Source: Rickettsiales bacterium
GTDB lineage: Bacteria > Pseudomonadota > Alphaproteobacteria > Rickettsiales > JAJNBL01
NCBI GenBank assembly: GCA_021156175.1
Contig: JAJNBL010000002.1
Span: 197,029-261,028, forward strand
Reading direction: 5' to 3'
Length of the DNA: 64,000 bases
Program-made: the position numbers and the translations under genes
Shown here: one piece after another, positions 7,761 through 18,624 of the stretch
Position numbering within the stretch: the first letter of the stretch is position 1
Layout of the letters: the number at the start of each line of letters is the position of its first letter
The notes under the pieces: model-generated
Seen by the model: the letters and a program-made list of their open reading frames with translations, nothing else
Databases searched by the model: none
Told to the model about the DNA's origin: nothing

Positions 7761-10358
7761 ATGGACTTCTCAAATTATACCGAACGTTTACGCGGCTTCA
7801 TTCAATCCGCTCAATCCATGGCGATCGCACGCGGTCACCAACAATTCACATTAGAGCATATTTTCAAAACCCTAATGGATGATGAAGAAGGGCTGGCCGC
7901 TAGACTTATTTCCGCAAGCGGTGGTGAGCCTTCATTGGTTCTGCATCAGATTGAATCCGCACTCGAAAAACTTCCCAAAATTGGGGGCAGCGGTGCAGGC
8001 CAATTGCACCTAACGCCCGAAACCGCTAGGCTTTTTGAATCCGCCCAAACATTGGCCAAAAAAGCCGGCGATAGTTTCATAACAGTTGAGCGCATGCTCC
8101 AAGCGCTTTCTCTTGCAAAAGGGACTGCTTCCGCTGAAATTTTAGCCAAATCTGGCGTTACCCCACAGAATTTAGAGCGTGTAATCCAAGAAATGCGCAA
8201 AGGCCGTGCCGCCCATTCCGCCACCGCTGAAGATACCTACGAAGCACTCCAAAAATACACCAAAGATTTCACCGATCTCGCTGCCAAAGGCAAGCTTGAT
8301 CCTGTCATTGGCCGTGATGAAGAAATCCGCCGCACGATGCAGGTACTTTCCCGCCGCACGAAAAACAATCCTGTCCTTATCGGCGAACCGGGGGTCGGTA
8401 AAACCGCGATCATCGAAGGCTTAGCCCAACGTATGGTCGCAGGGGATGTACCCGAAAACTTGAAGAACAAAAAACTTATGGCACTCGATTTGGGCGCACT
8501 CGTTGCCGGTGCAAAATTCCGTGGAGAATTTGAAGAGCGCTTAAAATCCGTACTCTCTGAAATCACTGCTGCAGAAGGCGATGTGGTGTTGTTTATCGAC
8601 GAACTCCACACGTTAGTTGGCGCAGGTGCGGCAGAAGGCTCGATGGATGCCTCCAACCTCCTAAAACCAGCATTAGCGCGCGGAGAATTGCATTGTATCG
8701 GTGCAACAACACTTAATGAATACCGCAAATATATCGAAAAGGACGCAGCCCTCGCGCGCCGCTTCCAAACCGTATTTGTGAGTGAGCCCACCGTCCAGGA
8801 TACCATCTCCATCTTGCGGGGACTTAAAGAAAAATACGAACTCCATCATGGGGTTCGTATCACCGATGCCGCGATCGTAGCTTCAGCTACTTTATCGCAT
8901 CGCTATATCACCGATCGTTTCTTGCCCGATAAAGCAATCGACTTGATGGATGAAGCCGCCAGCCGTTTGCGCATGGAGGTCGATAGTAAGCCGGAATCCA
9001 TCGATGCACTCGACCGTCAAATCATCCAGCTTAAAATCGAAGCCGAAGCGCTTAAGAAAGAAAAAGACGCGGCCTCGAAAGAACGCCTCGAAACTCTTAC
9101 AAAGGAACTCCACGCGCTTGAAAAACAATCGGCGGAACTTACCAGCAAATGGCAAGCGGAGAAGCTTAAAATTGGGGAAGAACAAAAACTTAAAGAGCAA
9201 CTCGATAGCGCACGTATGGAGCTCGAGCGCGTCCAACGCGAAGGCAACCTCGCCCGCGCAGGAGAGCTCGCATACGGCATCATCCCGGAAACGGAGAAAA
9301 AACTTGCAGCGCTGCAAACCGCCAAGAACCATAGCGGCCTGCTTAAAGAAGAAGTAACCGACGAAGACATCGCCTCCATTGTCTCTCGTTGGACGGGCGT
9401 ACCTGTTGAGAAGATGTTGGAAGGCGAGCGCGAAAAACTGCTGCATATGGAAAACACCCTCGCCAAAACCGTCATCGGCCAGGATGATGCGATTAAAGCG
9501 GTGAGTAATGCCGTTCGCCGTGCTCGCGCTGGGCTACAAGATGCCGATCGCCCACTCGGTTCCTTCCTCTTCCTCGGGCCCACAGGCGTTGGGAAAACGG
9601 AACTTACCAAAGCGCTCGCGCAATTTATGTTTGATGATAAATCCGCACTCCTTCGCGTGGATATGTCCGAATTCATGGAAAAACATTCGGTGAGCCGATT
9701 GGTCGGCGCACCTCCCGGGTATGTGGGTTATGAAGAAGGCGGCGTCCTCACCGAAGCCGTTCGCCGTCGCCCTTACCAAGTTATCCTCTTTGACGAGGTA
9801 GAAAAAGCGCACCCGGATGTATTTAATATCCTGCTGCAAGTCTTGGATGAAGGCCATTTGACGGACGGACAAGGCCGCAAAGTTGATTTCAAAAACACGA
9901 TCATCATCCTCACCTCCAACCTCGGCGGCGACATCCTCGCGAACCAACCGATTGGCGAAGATACGACGCTTGTCCGCGAGCAAGTAATGGAAGTGGTACG
10001 TAACGCCTTCCGCCCCGAATTCTTGAACCGTTTGGATGAGATTATTCTCTTCCACCGCCTCAGCCGCGACCATATGGATGCGATCGTCAAAGTCCAGCTC
10101 GCACGACTGGAGAAGACGCTGGAAGACCGTCACATCGCCCTTACGCTGGATGAAGCCGCCACCACCTTTCTTGCCGATAAGGGTTATGATCCTATCTACG
10201 GCGCTCGCCCGCTTAAACGTGTGATCCAGCGGGAACTCCAAAACCCACTGGCGAATTTGCTGCTGGGGGGGGAAGTGTCGGAAGGGGATACGGTGCAGGT
10301 TTCTTCGGATGGAAAAACTTTAAGTATTTCAGCCAAGAAACGGAAGAAGAAGGCATAA
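7761..10358 (+). CDS. clpB: ATP-dependent disaggregase ClpB
   Basis: 865 aa; two AAA+ modules ([20 protein letters not shown]) separated by a long coiled-coil M-domain. Confidence 0.97.
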   Translation: MDFSNYTERLRGFIQSAQSMAIARGHQQFTLEHIFKTLMDDEEGLAARLISASGGEPSLVLHQIESALEKLPKIGGSGAGQLHLTPETARLFESAQTLAKKAGDSFITVERMLQALSLAKGTASAEILAKSGVTPQNLERVIQEMRKGRAAHSATAEDTYEALQKYTKDFTDLAAKGKLDPVIGRDEEIRRTMQVLSRRTKNNPVLIGEPGVGKTAIIEGLAQRMVAGDVPENLKNKKLMALDLGALVAGAKFRGEFEERLKSVLSEITAAEGDVVLFIDELHTLVGAGAAEGSMDASNLLKPALARGELHCIGATTLNEYRKYIEKDAALARRFQTVFVSEPTVQDTISILRGLKEKYELHHGVRITDAAIVASATLSHRYITDRFLPDKAIDLMDEAASRLRMEVDSKPESIDALDRQIIQLKIEAEALKKEKDAASKERLETLTKELHALEKQSAELTSKWQAEKLKIGEEQKLKEQLDSARMELERVQREGNLARAGELAYGIIPETEKKLAALQTAKNHSGLLKEEVTDEDIASIVSRWTGVPVEKMLEGEREKLLHMENTLAKTVIGQDDAIKAVSNAVRRARAGLQDADRPLGSFLFLGPTGVGKTELTKALAQFMFDDKSALLRVDMSEFMEKHSVSRLVGAPPGYVGYEEGGVLTEAVRRRPYQVILFDEVEKAHPDVFNILLQVLDEGHLTDGQGRKVDFKNTIIILTSNLGGDILANQPIGEDTTLVREQVMEVVRNAFRPEFLNRLDEIILFHRLSRDHMDAIVKVQLARLEKTLEDRHIALTLDEAATTFLADKGYDPIYGARPLKRVIQRELQNPLANLLLGGEVSEGDTVQVSSDGKTLSISAKKRKKKA

Positions 10359-10456
10359 CCCGCCTTCTTTAAGCCCCTAGTTGTAAAACCTCCACTAAAC
10401 CCCATATTTTCAGCCTCTTAAACTCTGCTTTTGCGAGTATTTTTTACAATAATCCC

Positions 10457-10486
10457 TTGACTTTACCCCCCCTATTCCGTTAATAT
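10457..10486 (+). promoter_or_regulatory. sigma-70-like promoter for the small orphan gene
   Basis: TTGACT (10457-10462), 18-nt spacer, TAATAT (10481-10486). Confidence 0.35.
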
Positions 10487-10531
10487 AAAAACCTTCGCAA
10501 CGTAATAACAATGACATGGGGAGTAATTACT

Positions 10532-10852
10532 ATGGCTAAAGACATCACCGCTGCAAAACAAGTCGCTGACGATACCCTTAAGGCATTGAAAGACGCCGGT
10601 ATCAAATGTAACGACCAAGAGCTTAAAACCCACCTGGAAAGTTACCTTACAATCTGTACCATAGGCGCCGCCCCAGTAGGCGGTAAGCATTTCGACGGAA
10701 TAAGAGTATTTTTAAAAAATTGTGATAATTTATCTGCAATCGGCCTGGTACTTGCCGGTAAGCTTAAAGAATATGCCGTTAATAGGATACTATCCCAAAA
10801 TATTAACTATGCCGTAGGAACTACTGTAGGCTCGATATTACACAAGATCTAA
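10532..10852 (+). CDS. hypothetical small protein (106 aa)
   Basis: ORF 10511-10852. The ATG at 10532 has GGGGAG 8 nt upstream. I recognise no family. Confidence 0.45.
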   Translation: MAKDITAAKQVADDTLKALKDAGIKCNDQELKTHLESYLTICTIGAAPVGGKHFDGIRVFLKNCDNLSAIGLVLAGKLKEYAVNRILSQNINYAVGTTVGSILHKI

Positions 10853-11028
10853 CACGTACACATTAGTCGGAGACGACACCTGGCACTTTAATGCACCTGA
10901 GAGGGGCTTAACAACACAATCACAGCAAGCAGAAACACAAGGACAAGGTACCCATTCTGCACAATTAAGACACAGGACAAATACTTCTCAACCCGGACCT
11001 ACCTTATAGCCAATACCATAATACTCAT

Positions 11029-11061
11029 CAAACCCCGTACTTAGTTACGGGGTTTTCTTTT
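11029..11061 (+). terminator. rho-independent terminator
   Basis: AACCCCGTA / TACGGGGTT stem followed by TTCTTTTT. Confidence 0.65.
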
Positions 11062-11109
11062 TGCGCCTCCTATGCTATCCAAGAAGCATAACCTAACTCT
11101 CGAGGCCCC

Positions 11110-11685
11110 ATGTCCCCCAAACTCCTTTTCCTCTCTGGCAGTATCCGCAAAGAATCCTTCAACAGCAAACTCATCCGCGAAGCTGTCGCTCTCGCAAAAG
11201 AAGCGGGGGCGAAGGTCACCTTGATTGATTTAAAAGATTTCCCCATGCCCATCTATAATGGCGATCTGGAAGCCGAATCTGGTCTGCCTGAATCCGCCAA
11301 GAAGCTCAAAAAACTGTTTATTGAGCATACAGGCTTTATGATTGCCTCACCGGAATATAACAGCTCAATTTCGCCACTGCTTAAAAACTCACTCGACTGG
11401 ATTTCCCGGAAAGAAACTCCCGATGAGCCAGGCCTTATTGCTTTCACGGGAAAAGTCGCTGGCTTAGTTGCTGCCTCCACCGGTGGCTTCGGCGGTCTTC
11501 GCGGCCTTGTCCCGCTTCGTATGATGCTGAGTAATATCGGCGTATTCGTAATTCCAAGTCAACTTGCGATCCCTTTTGCCGATAAGGCTTTTGACGCCGA
11601 AGGCAAATTCGTTGAATCCAAACAACGCGAATCCTTACGTGGTGTGGTGAAGCAATTTATCGAGACAGCAAAGAAGTTTGCGTAA
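11110..11685 (+). CDS. NAD(P)H-dependent FMN reductase family protein
   Basis: 191 aa; LLFLSGSIRKESFNSKL N-terminus and EYNSSISPLLKNSLDW motif of the flavodoxin-like FMN reductase family. Confidence 0.8.
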   Translation: MSPKLLFLSGSIRKESFNSKLIREAVALAKEAGAKVTLIDLKDFPMPIYNGDLEAESGLPESAKKLKKLFIEHTGFMIASPEYNSSISPLLKNSLDWISRKETPDEPGLIAFTGKVAGLVAASTGGFGGLRGLVPLRMMLSNIGVFVIPSQLAIPFADKAFDAEGKFVESKQRESLRGVVKQFIETAKKFA

Positions 11686-11737
11686 TCATAAACCTTCCGA
11701 TATTATGCCTTGTTCTCGTATTTATAAGGTTCTGTGG

Positions 11738-11862
11738 AGATTCAAAAAAATCATGAGGTGATTTTTAGGAATTTTCGCACGCAGAGCCGCAGTGTACATA
11801 AAAGTACATGAGGATTCGAGTACGAAAATGACGCAAAAATTGACCATGAGAATTTGAATATC
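11738..11862. repeat. diverged family-A-like nested palindrome (copy A5)
   Basis: Outer inverted repeat GAGATTCAAA / TTTGAATATC; inner arms AATTTTCG / CGAAAAT. Core GTGTACATAAAAGTACAT (11792-11809) resembles the A core. Confidence 0.5.
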
Positions 11863-11873
11863 TTGGAACCTAT

Positions 11874-12863
11874 ATGACAGAACATTCTTTTTTCCTCGAA
11901 TCCCCGACCGTAACCGTATCAGTACGCGACGTATTTGGCATTGATTCTGACCTCGAGGTCAAAGCCTTTAGCCAACCCAACGAATACGTACCAGAAATTG
12001 ATGCGGCCTATCGCTTTGATCGCGATACGACGTTAGCGATTCTGGCGGGATTCAGCCATAATCGCCGTGTGATGATCCAAGGTTATCACGGCACGGGGAA
12101 ATCCACCCATATCGAACAAGTCGCAGCACGCCTTAATTGGCCATGTATTCGGGTCAACCTCGATGGGAACATCACCCGGATTGATTTGATCGGGAAAGAT
12201 GCCATTACGCTCAAAGACGGCAAACAAATCACGGAATTCCGCCAAGGGATTATCCCGTGGTCACTGCATCATCCGGTCGCGCTCGTATTTGATGAATACG
12301 ATGCTGCACGCCCTGATGTGATGTTCATTTTACAACGATTGTTGGAACTCGATGGCAAATTCACACTGCTCGATCAAAACCGTGTGATTCGCCCGCACGC
12401 CTATTTCCGCCTTTTTGCAACGGCCAATACAATTGGCTTGGGCGATACGACCGGCCTTTATCACGGCACACAGCCCATCAACCAAGGCCAAATGGACCGC
12501 TGGAATATCGTCGCAACGCTGAATTATTTGCCCGCTGCGGAAGAAGAGCGCATCGTACTGGCAAAGTCGCCTTCGTATAATTCTACGGAAGGCAAAAAGC
12601 AGATCAGCCAAATGGTGGCGATTGCGGATCTCACCCGCCAAGGCTTTATCGCTGGCGATATTTCCTGCCTGATGTCTCCTCGCACCGTCATCACCTGGGC
12701 AGAGAATGCTCGTATTTTCGGTGATGCCGATACCGCTTTCCGTTTAACGTTCCTCAATAAATGTGATGAAATGGAGCGGAGCATCATTGCGGAATATTAC
12801 CAGCGCTGTTTTGGCAAGGAGCTAAACGGCTTCACAACCACAAAAGAAACGATGTTGGCGTAA
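11874..12863 (+). CDS. cobS: CobS-type AAA+ (MoxR-like) ATPase
   Basis: 329 aa; Walker [14 protein letters not shown], Walker [12 protein letters not shown]; followed by its VWA partner. Confidence 0.85.
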   Translation: MTEHSFFLESPTVTVSVRDVFGIDSDLEVKAFSQPNEYVPEIDAAYRFDRDTTLAILAGFSHNRRVMIQGYHGTGKSTHIEQVAARLNWPCIRVNLDGNITRIDLIGKDAITLKDGKQITEFRQGIIPWSLHHPVALVFDEYDAARPDVMFILQRLLELDGKFTLLDQNRVIRPHAYFRLFATANTIGLGDTTGLYHGTQPINQGQMDRWNIVATLNYLPAAEEERIVLAKSPSYNSTEGKKQISQMVAIADLTRQGFIAGDISCLMSPRTVITWAENARIFGDADTAFRLTFLNKCDEMERSIIAEYYQRCFGKELNGFTTTKETMLA

Positions 12864-12870
12864 TACCTAC

Positions 12871-14742
12871 GTGGCCTCACCTCCGACGAAACCCAGCTCT
12901 CCCTCTTCCCATACTGCCGAGGATGCGGTGGCAGCCACGTTACGCGCGCTTGCGCATGTACCTAACCTCACCGTTACCTTCCAAAGCCAAAACCATGGGG
13001 ATTACCTCTTAAGCCCACAGCGCGGCGAAGTTCGACTTCCGCATCTTGCCGCCTCTTCTACACAAGCAGAGCATCAACAGCTCCGCGGTATGGCTGATGC
13101 TGCTGCACTTAGCCTGCGTTATCACAATCCACAGCTTCATTCCAAACACGCGCCCGCGGATCGTTCCGCCCGTGCGATTTTCGATGCCGCTGAGCAAGCA
13201 CGGATCGAAGCCATCGGCACGTTACAACTCCCCGGCGTTGCACAGAACCTTAACGTACGTTTGGAACGTTATTGCTTGGATCAAGGTTATGATATCACCG
13301 GTGAAGCGCGGCCCGTTCCGCCGCTTGCGGATGTTGTATCGTTACTGGTGCGGGAACAATTGACCGGCCTTGCCGCTCCTGCTTCCACTCAAGGCATTAT
13401 GGAGAAATGGGGGAAATGGATTTCGCTCCGCGCAAGCTCGCAACTCAAAGCCTTGGCACATACACTCCACGACCAGGCAACATTCTCTGAACATATTCGG
13501 CACCTCATCCAGCTGCTTGATACCGATGGGGCAAACGATGCGCGGGAAGATACGGAATCAGAGCCCGAAAAATCTGAAAACGAAAACTCCGATGAACAAG
13601 GCGAGAACAACAATGTTGAATCCCTGCCATCAGGAAGCCTTTCTGGCGTGAGTTCGGACGACACAGACTCATCCCGCAAGCGCCAGCCAATTAAAGCAGG
13701 ATTGGCTTCTCAGGACCAGCAAGAGGGTGCCAGCGATTCGGATGAGGGAACAAGCGAAAGTGACACGCGCTTCCTTCCCAATTGGGATGAGGGAATTGAG
13801 CCTTCGTTCCATTACAAAGCTTTTACCACCGCCTTTGATGAAATTGTCCGCGCGGAAGAATTATGCTCTGCGGAAGAACTTACCAAGCTCCGGAGCCAGC
13901 TCGATCATAAACTTTCCGGCCTGCAAGATATCACGCGCAAGCTTGCTCATCGCCTGCAACGTAAGCTCTTGGCACAGCAAAACCGCTCCTGGGAGTTTGA
14001 CCGCGAAGAAGGCATCTTGGATAGCGCCCGCCTCTCTTCCGTGATTGCCGATCCCATGTTCCCGTATATTTACAAATGGGAGAAAGATATCGAGCAGATG
14101 GATACGGTTGTCACACTGCTCTTGGATAATTCTGGCTCGATGCGCGGCCGCCCCATCACCGTTGCGGCCTTGAGTGCGGATATTCTGGCCTGTACGCTCG
14201 AGCGCTGCGGAATTAAGGTCGAGATACTGGGCTTCACCAGCCGCGATTGGAAAGGCGGAGATTCCCGAAAACAATGGGAGAAACAAGGCAATCCGCAAAA
14301 TCCAGGACGCCTGAATGACCTTCGCCATATCATCTATAAATCCGCCGATCAACCCTGGCGCCGTGCGCGCAAGAACCTTGGGCTTATGCTGCGTGAAGGC
14401 ATCTTAAAAGAGAATATTGATGGCGAAGCCATCCTTTGGGCACATGATCGCTTGCTTGCTAGGCCAGAGAAACGTGCGATCCTGATGGTGATTTCCGACG
14501 GCGCGCCGGTGGATGACAGCACCCTTTCTACGAACACGGCACATTATCTAGACCGTCACTTGCGTGAAGTGATTGCGACGGTTGAGGCCCGTTCGCCGGT
14601 AGAACTCGTTGCTATTGGGATTGGCCACGATGTAACACGTTATTACCGCAAAGCCGTGACGATCCGCGATGTAGATCAATTAGGTGATACGATGTTTGGG
14701 CAGTTAGAGCAGCTGTTTGATCGGCCGCTGCGCGCAGCATAA
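12871..14742 (+). CDS. cobT: CobT-type protein with acidic linker and C-terminal VWA domain
   Basis: 623 aa; GTG start; acidic low-complexity segment ([23 protein letters not shown]); VWA MIDAS motif [11 protein letters not shown]. Confidence 0.82.
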   Translation: MASPPTKPSSPSSHTAEDAVAATLRALAHVPNLTVTFQSQNHGDYLLSPQRGEVRLPHLAASSTQAEHQQLRGMADAAALSLRYHNPQLHSKHAPADRSARAIFDAAEQARIEAIGTLQLPGVAQNLNVRLERYCLDQGYDITGEARPVPPLADVVSLLVREQLTGLAAPASTQGIMEKWGKWISLRASSQLKALAHTLHDQATFSEHIRHLIQLLDTDGANDAREDTESEPEKSENENSDEQGENNNVESLPSGSLSGVSSDDTDSSRKRQPIKAGLASQDQQEGASDSDEGTSESDTRFLPNWDEGIEPSFHYKAFTTAFDEIVRAEELCSAEELTKLRSQLDHKLSGLQDITRKLAHRLQRKLLAQQNRSWEFDREEGILDSARLSSVIADPMFPYIYKWEKDIEQMDTVVTLLLDNSGSMRGRPITVAALSADILACTLERCGIKVEILGFTSRDWKGGDSRKQWEKQGNPQNPGRLNDLRHIIYKSADQPWRRARKNLGLMLREGILKENIDGEAILWAHDRLLARPEKRAILMVISDGAPVDDSTLSTNTAHYLDRHLREVIATVEARSPVELVAIGIGHDVTRYYRKAVTIRDVDQLGDTMFGQLEQLFDRPLRAA

Positions 14743-14745
14743 AGA

Positions 14746-15549
14746 TCAATGCGCCGTCGGTATCCGACGTTTGGGAGGTAGATTTTCTATCAGCCGATTA
14801 AGCCAGGTCGCAAACACGCGACGATGGAACCATTCTTGCGTTAAACATCCCCAATCATAACCTTCCGGGATCGCTTCATATTCGCAGAGTTGCAACAAAT
14901 TATCTGTAATCACCTGGATGTCATTCACGTTATCGAGGTAAATATCAATCCAGCAATGGTGGTAATCCAAGTAGCTCTTAAGATCGAGCGGCATGTCGAG
15001 CGAAAAATCCAGCTCCCATTCCCCTTCTGCGAGCTCTCCTACGACTTCTAACTCCGATTGGAGTGCCATGTTGCCTGCCATTTCATAAAATTGATCCCCG
15101 CGGATTAAACGCTGTAACGCTTTACGGCTTTTCACCGTATAGACCACATTATCGTCCCGGTTAAAGAACCACATCAGCAGTGACGCCATCGTCAGCGGCC
15201 CACGCTTCTCTTCCTTATCCCCATAAGCCGTAAATGGCTCCAGCGCCTCACTCAAAGGGATGACATAATCGAGTGCGGCCTGCTCATTTTTGAATTTCGT
15301 TAGAATGCGCGCGATTTCTTTTTGCGCGGTGGGCGTGTCGCGATGTTTTTTTGGGAAAACGCTGGCTAACTTGGCATAAGCGAGCACTTTTTCGAACCAG
15401 GCATAGCTCACATCGGTTTCACGGCGCAATTGGTCATAAAGTGGCTTCTGGCGCACATTCCACTCCACCAACGCCTCCATGGCGTCCATAAGGCTTAAGG
15501 ACCGTAAAGACCGGTCACGGATGGGAGGAAGCCATACGATTTCTGCCAT
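14746..15549 (-). CDS. hypothetical protein (267 aa, acidic, Trp-rich)
   Basis: Long clean ORF that fills the whole cobT-folC gap apart from a 122-bp spacer before folC. No family recognised. Confidence 0.6.
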   Translation of the reverse strand: MAEIVWLPPIRDRSLRSLSLMDAMEALVEWNVRQKPLYDQLRRETDVSYAWFEKVLAYAKLASVFPKKHRDTPTAQKEIARILTKFKNEQAALDYVIPLSEALEPFTAYGDKEEKRGPLTMASLLMWFFNRDDNVVYTVKSRKALQRLIRGDQFYEMAGNMALQSELEVVGELAEGEWELDFSLDMPLDLKSYLDYHHCWIDIYLDNVNDIQVITDNLLQLCEYEAIPEGYDWGCLTQEWFHRRVFATWLNRLIENLPPKRRIPTAH

Positions 15550-15671
15550 AATACCTCTTAAAGACCGCGCCTTTCACGCGAAAACGGGGAAGGGGTCCCG
15601 ACAACGTTATGATCGTATCAGAGTGGCCTTAGCGAATGATTAACAGGCAAAGCGGGGAGCAGAGCGTTTTA

Positions 15672-16961
15672 CTATGCTGCTTCATTATAAAGCGTAATGT
15701 CGCCCGCCAGATATAATGATCCACAGACAATAATACGCCCTGGCGCATCTTTATACAATGTGGTTAAGGTAGAGATTGCATGTTCCACACTTTCAGCCGC
15801 AGTTGCTTTTATTCCCATTTCATGCGCCTCGAGTGCCACACGCTCCGCAGGATAGGCCGAAGGCTCCGATTCCACCCGCATGCCGCATAAATGTGTTATA
15901 CGGTGGCTAAACTGTTTCAGGAATTTTTTGATATCGCGTCCCTTGGTCATACCAAGAATACAATAAAGCGGCCGGTCTTTCCATTCTTCGGCCATATAAG
16001 CAATTAGCTCCGCCCCCGCCTCGTTATGCGCACCATCGAGCCATAATTCCCATCCTTCAGGGAGTAATTTCTTGAGTGCGCCTGACGTAATTGCCTCAAA
16101 CCGCGCAGGCCAGGTGGCTGTCCGAATCCCTTCCGCAATCGCTTCATCAGAAATCGCGAAACCTTCGGCACATTGTACCGCCGCCACGGCATTGCCCGCA
16201 TTGATATACTGATGCGGCCCAAGCAGCGACGGCTGCGGCAATAAGAGTTTTCCCTCTGTTTCCGCATAATACCAGCGGTCATCCGGCAACCGCTCCACGT
16301 TCCATTCATGCCCATAACGAAACAACGGCGCACCGACATTCACGGCTTCTTCTTCCACTGTCCGCATGCCTTCAGGGAATTGATAACTCACTACACACGG
16401 AACATCTTTTTTAAGGATGCCCGCCTTCTCCCGCATAATGCATTCAATCGTTGGTCCTAAATACTCCATATGGTCATAGGACACCGAACTGATTACGCTT
16501 ACCAGCGGACGGTCAATCACGTTCGTTGCATCCAGTCTTCCGCCCATCCCGGTCTCCAGCAGCAACACATCCGCCGGCACTTTCGCGAACGCGAGATACG
16601 CCATTGCGGTTGTTCCTTCAAAAAATGTCACGGGAATATCATCTTTGGCTGCAATTCGGCAGGTTTCTGCCATTTCATAAAGCATCTCATCGCTGATCTC
16701 TGATCCCGCCAGCACGATTCGCTCATTAAAGCGCACCAGATGCGGCGAGGTGTAACGATGAACGCGATACCCTGCCGCTTCAAAGATCGCTTTTAAAAAT
16801 GCAAGCGTCGAGCCTTTGCCATTGGTTCCGGCAACATGAATCACAGGGGGAATGCGATGGTGCGGATTACCTAAGCGCTTCAAGAGTTCGGTAATACGAT
16901 CGAGGTCAAAATCAATCGGACGGTTCCCAAGCGGGATGGGCCAATGGGGCATTTTCATCAT
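15672..16961 (-). CDS. folC: bifunctional folylpolyglutamate synthase / dihydrofolate synthase
   Basis: 429 aa; Mur-ligase P-loop VAGTNGKGST. Confidence 0.9.
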   Translation of the reverse strand: MMKMPHWPIPLGNRPIDFDLDRITELLKRLGNPHHRIPPVIHVAGTNGKGSTLAFLKAIFEAAGYRVHRYTSPHLVRFNERIVLAGSEISDEMLYEMAETCRIAAKDDIPVTFFEGTTAMAYLAFAKVPADVLLLETGMGGRLDATNVIDRPLVSVISSVSYDHMEYLGPTIECIMREKAGILKKDVPCVVSYQFPEGMRTVEEEAVNVGAPLFRYGHEWNVERLPDDRWYYAETEGKLLLPQPSLLGPHQYINAGNAVAAVQCAEGFAISDEAIAEGIRTATWPARFEAITSGALKKLLPEGWELWLDGAHNEAGAELIAYMAEEWKDRPLYCILGMTKGRDIKKFLKQFSHRITHLCGMRVESEPSAYPAERVALEAHEMGIKATAAESVEHAISTLTTLYKDAPGRIIVCGSLYLAGDITLYNEAA

Positions 16962-17016
16962 GGGAGACCTCTTGTCTTACGAATGGAACTGAGGTTTAAA
17001 TTTCCTAACACCTGAC

Positions 17017-17095
17017 GAAAAAAGGAGATTTCAAGACCTGTAGCGGAGCGTACCTTAAGGTACGTAAGCAACAGCAGCTTAAAAATCTCCTTTTT
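17017..17095. repeat. family A short form (copy A3)
   Basis: Core GAGCGTACCTTAAGGTACGTAAGC (17047-17069), flanked by GAAAAAAGGAGATTT ... AAATCTCCTTTTT arms. Confidence 0.7.
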
Positions 17096-17115
17096 GCAGT
17101 CCGTGACAGTAGAAT

Positions 17116-18519
17116 TTAAATATGAATCGCTTTGGAGAAGGCTGCTAGCGCTGCTTCTTTCACGGCTTCCGACAAATCCGGATGCGAGTGGCAGGTCCGC
17201 GCGATATCTTCCGAAGAGGCTTTATATTCCATCCCCAGCACCAATTCCGCCAAAAGCACACCGGCTTGCGGGCCAATAATATGTGCACCTAAAATCTGAT
17301 CGGTCTTTTTGCACGCGAGGATCTTCACGAATCCATCCGTATCCACGTTTGCACGCGCGCGGCTGTTCGCCAAGAAGGGGAACTTGCCCACATTATACTC
17401 GATCCCGGCTTCTTTAAGCTGCTCTTCGGTTTTACCGACCGCAGCGACTTCCGGATGGGTATAAATCACGCCTGGGACTTTATCATAATCCACGTGCCCT
17501 TTCTGACCCGCCATGATCTCTACCGCTGCAATACCATCTTCTTCGGCTTTATGTGCAAGCATCGGACCTGCAATTACGTCTCCGATCGCATAAATACCTT
17601 TCACATTGGTCTCGAAATGGTGATCAACGTTAATCCGGCCACGTTCGTCCTTTTGTACTCCCGCAGCTTCCAAGCCCAAACCATTTGTAAATGCCCTACG
17701 GCCAATCGCCACCAACACTACATCGGCTTTTAAGTTCTCTGCCGCTCCGCCTTTGGCAGGCTCTAATGTCAAGGTAACCGATTTCCCTGCCACTTTCGCA
17801 CCCGTCACTTTTGTGCCAAGCTTAAATATAACGCCTTGTTTTTCAAGAATTTTTTTGAATTCTTTACTCACTTCACCGTCCGATGTTGGCGCGATACGAT
17901 CCAAATATTCCACGACTGTTACTTCCGATCCCAAACGACGCCATACCGAGCCAAGCTCCAGGCCAATCACGCCCCCGCCAATCACCACCAATTTCTTTGG
18001 CACTTCCGATAACTCCAGCGCGCCGGTCGAAGACACAATCCGGTCTTCGTCAATCTCTACACCCGGGAGCGGCATCACTTCCGAACCCGTCGCAATCAGG
18101 ATGCGTTTGGTTTTAATAATATCCGATGCACCTTTCTCACCTTTCACTTCGACTTCGCCTGCGGATTTAATAATCCCGGTGCCTTTCAAATAGGTAATTT
18201 TGTTTTTCTTGAATAAGCCTTCGATGCCTTTGGTGAGGTTGGAAACTACGTTATCTTTGTTCCCCATCATCGCTTTAAGATCAAGCTCTAAGCCTTTGAT
18301 TTTAATCCCATGCCCTGCAAAATGCTTGCTCGCATCTTCAAATTTTTCTGAAGAATTCAATAGCGCTTTTGACGGAATACAGCCCACATTCAAGCACGTT
18401 CCACCCAATACTCCACGTTTCTCCACGCACGCGACATTCATCCCCAATTGCGCCGCTTTAATTGCTGCAACATAACCGCCAGGGCCACCGCCAATTACTA
18501 CGAGATCAAATGTCGTCAT
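17116..18519 (-). CDS. lpdA: dihydrolipoyl dehydrogenase (E3)
   Basis: 467 aa; FAD motif GGGPGGY and redox-active [13 protein letters not shown]. Confidence 0.96.
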   Translation of the reverse strand: MTTFDLVVIGGGPGGYVAAIKAAQLGMNVACVEKRGVLGGTCLNVGCIPSKALLNSSEKFEDASKHFAGHGIKIKGLELDLKAMMGNKDNVVSNLTKGIEGLFKKNKITYLKGTGIIKSAGEVEVKGEKGASDIIKTKRILIATGSEVMPLPGVEIDEDRIVSSTGALELSEVPKKLVVIGGGVIGLELGSVWRRLGSEVTVVEYLDRIAPTSDGEVSKEFKKILEKQGVIFKLGTKVTGAKVAGKSVTLTLEPAKGGAAENLKADVVLVAIGRRAFTNGLGLEAAGVQKDERGRINVDHHFETNVKGIYAIGDVIAGPMLAHKAEEDGIAAVEIMAGQKGHVDYDKVPGVIYTHPEVAAVGKTEEQLKEAGIEYNVGKFPFLANSRARANVDTDGFVKILACKKTDQILGAHIIGPQAGVLLAELVLGMEYKASSEDIARTCHSHPDLSEAVKEAALAAFSKAIHI

Positions 18520-18600
18520 TTTAGAGTACCTTTCTTTAGAACATTTTCACAATGCTTCTGAAATGTATCTCAGAAGCATTGTCTTACTATATCAATAAAA

Positions 18601-18616
18601 TGTTTCACGTGAAACA
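18601..18616. other. parS centromere-like site
   Basis: TGTTTCACGTGAAACA, a perfect 16-bp palindrome matching the parS consensus; extended palindrome 18599-18618. Confidence 0.85.
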
Positions 18617-18624
18617 TTCCGACA

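Noticed and set aside
10853-11028. The CA-rich tail as a CsrA-sponge sRNA
   Set aside because: It has only four or five GGA motifs, which are not obviously presented in hairpin loops, and CsrA is not a given in alphaproteobacteria. I kept it only as an unexplained untranslated tail.
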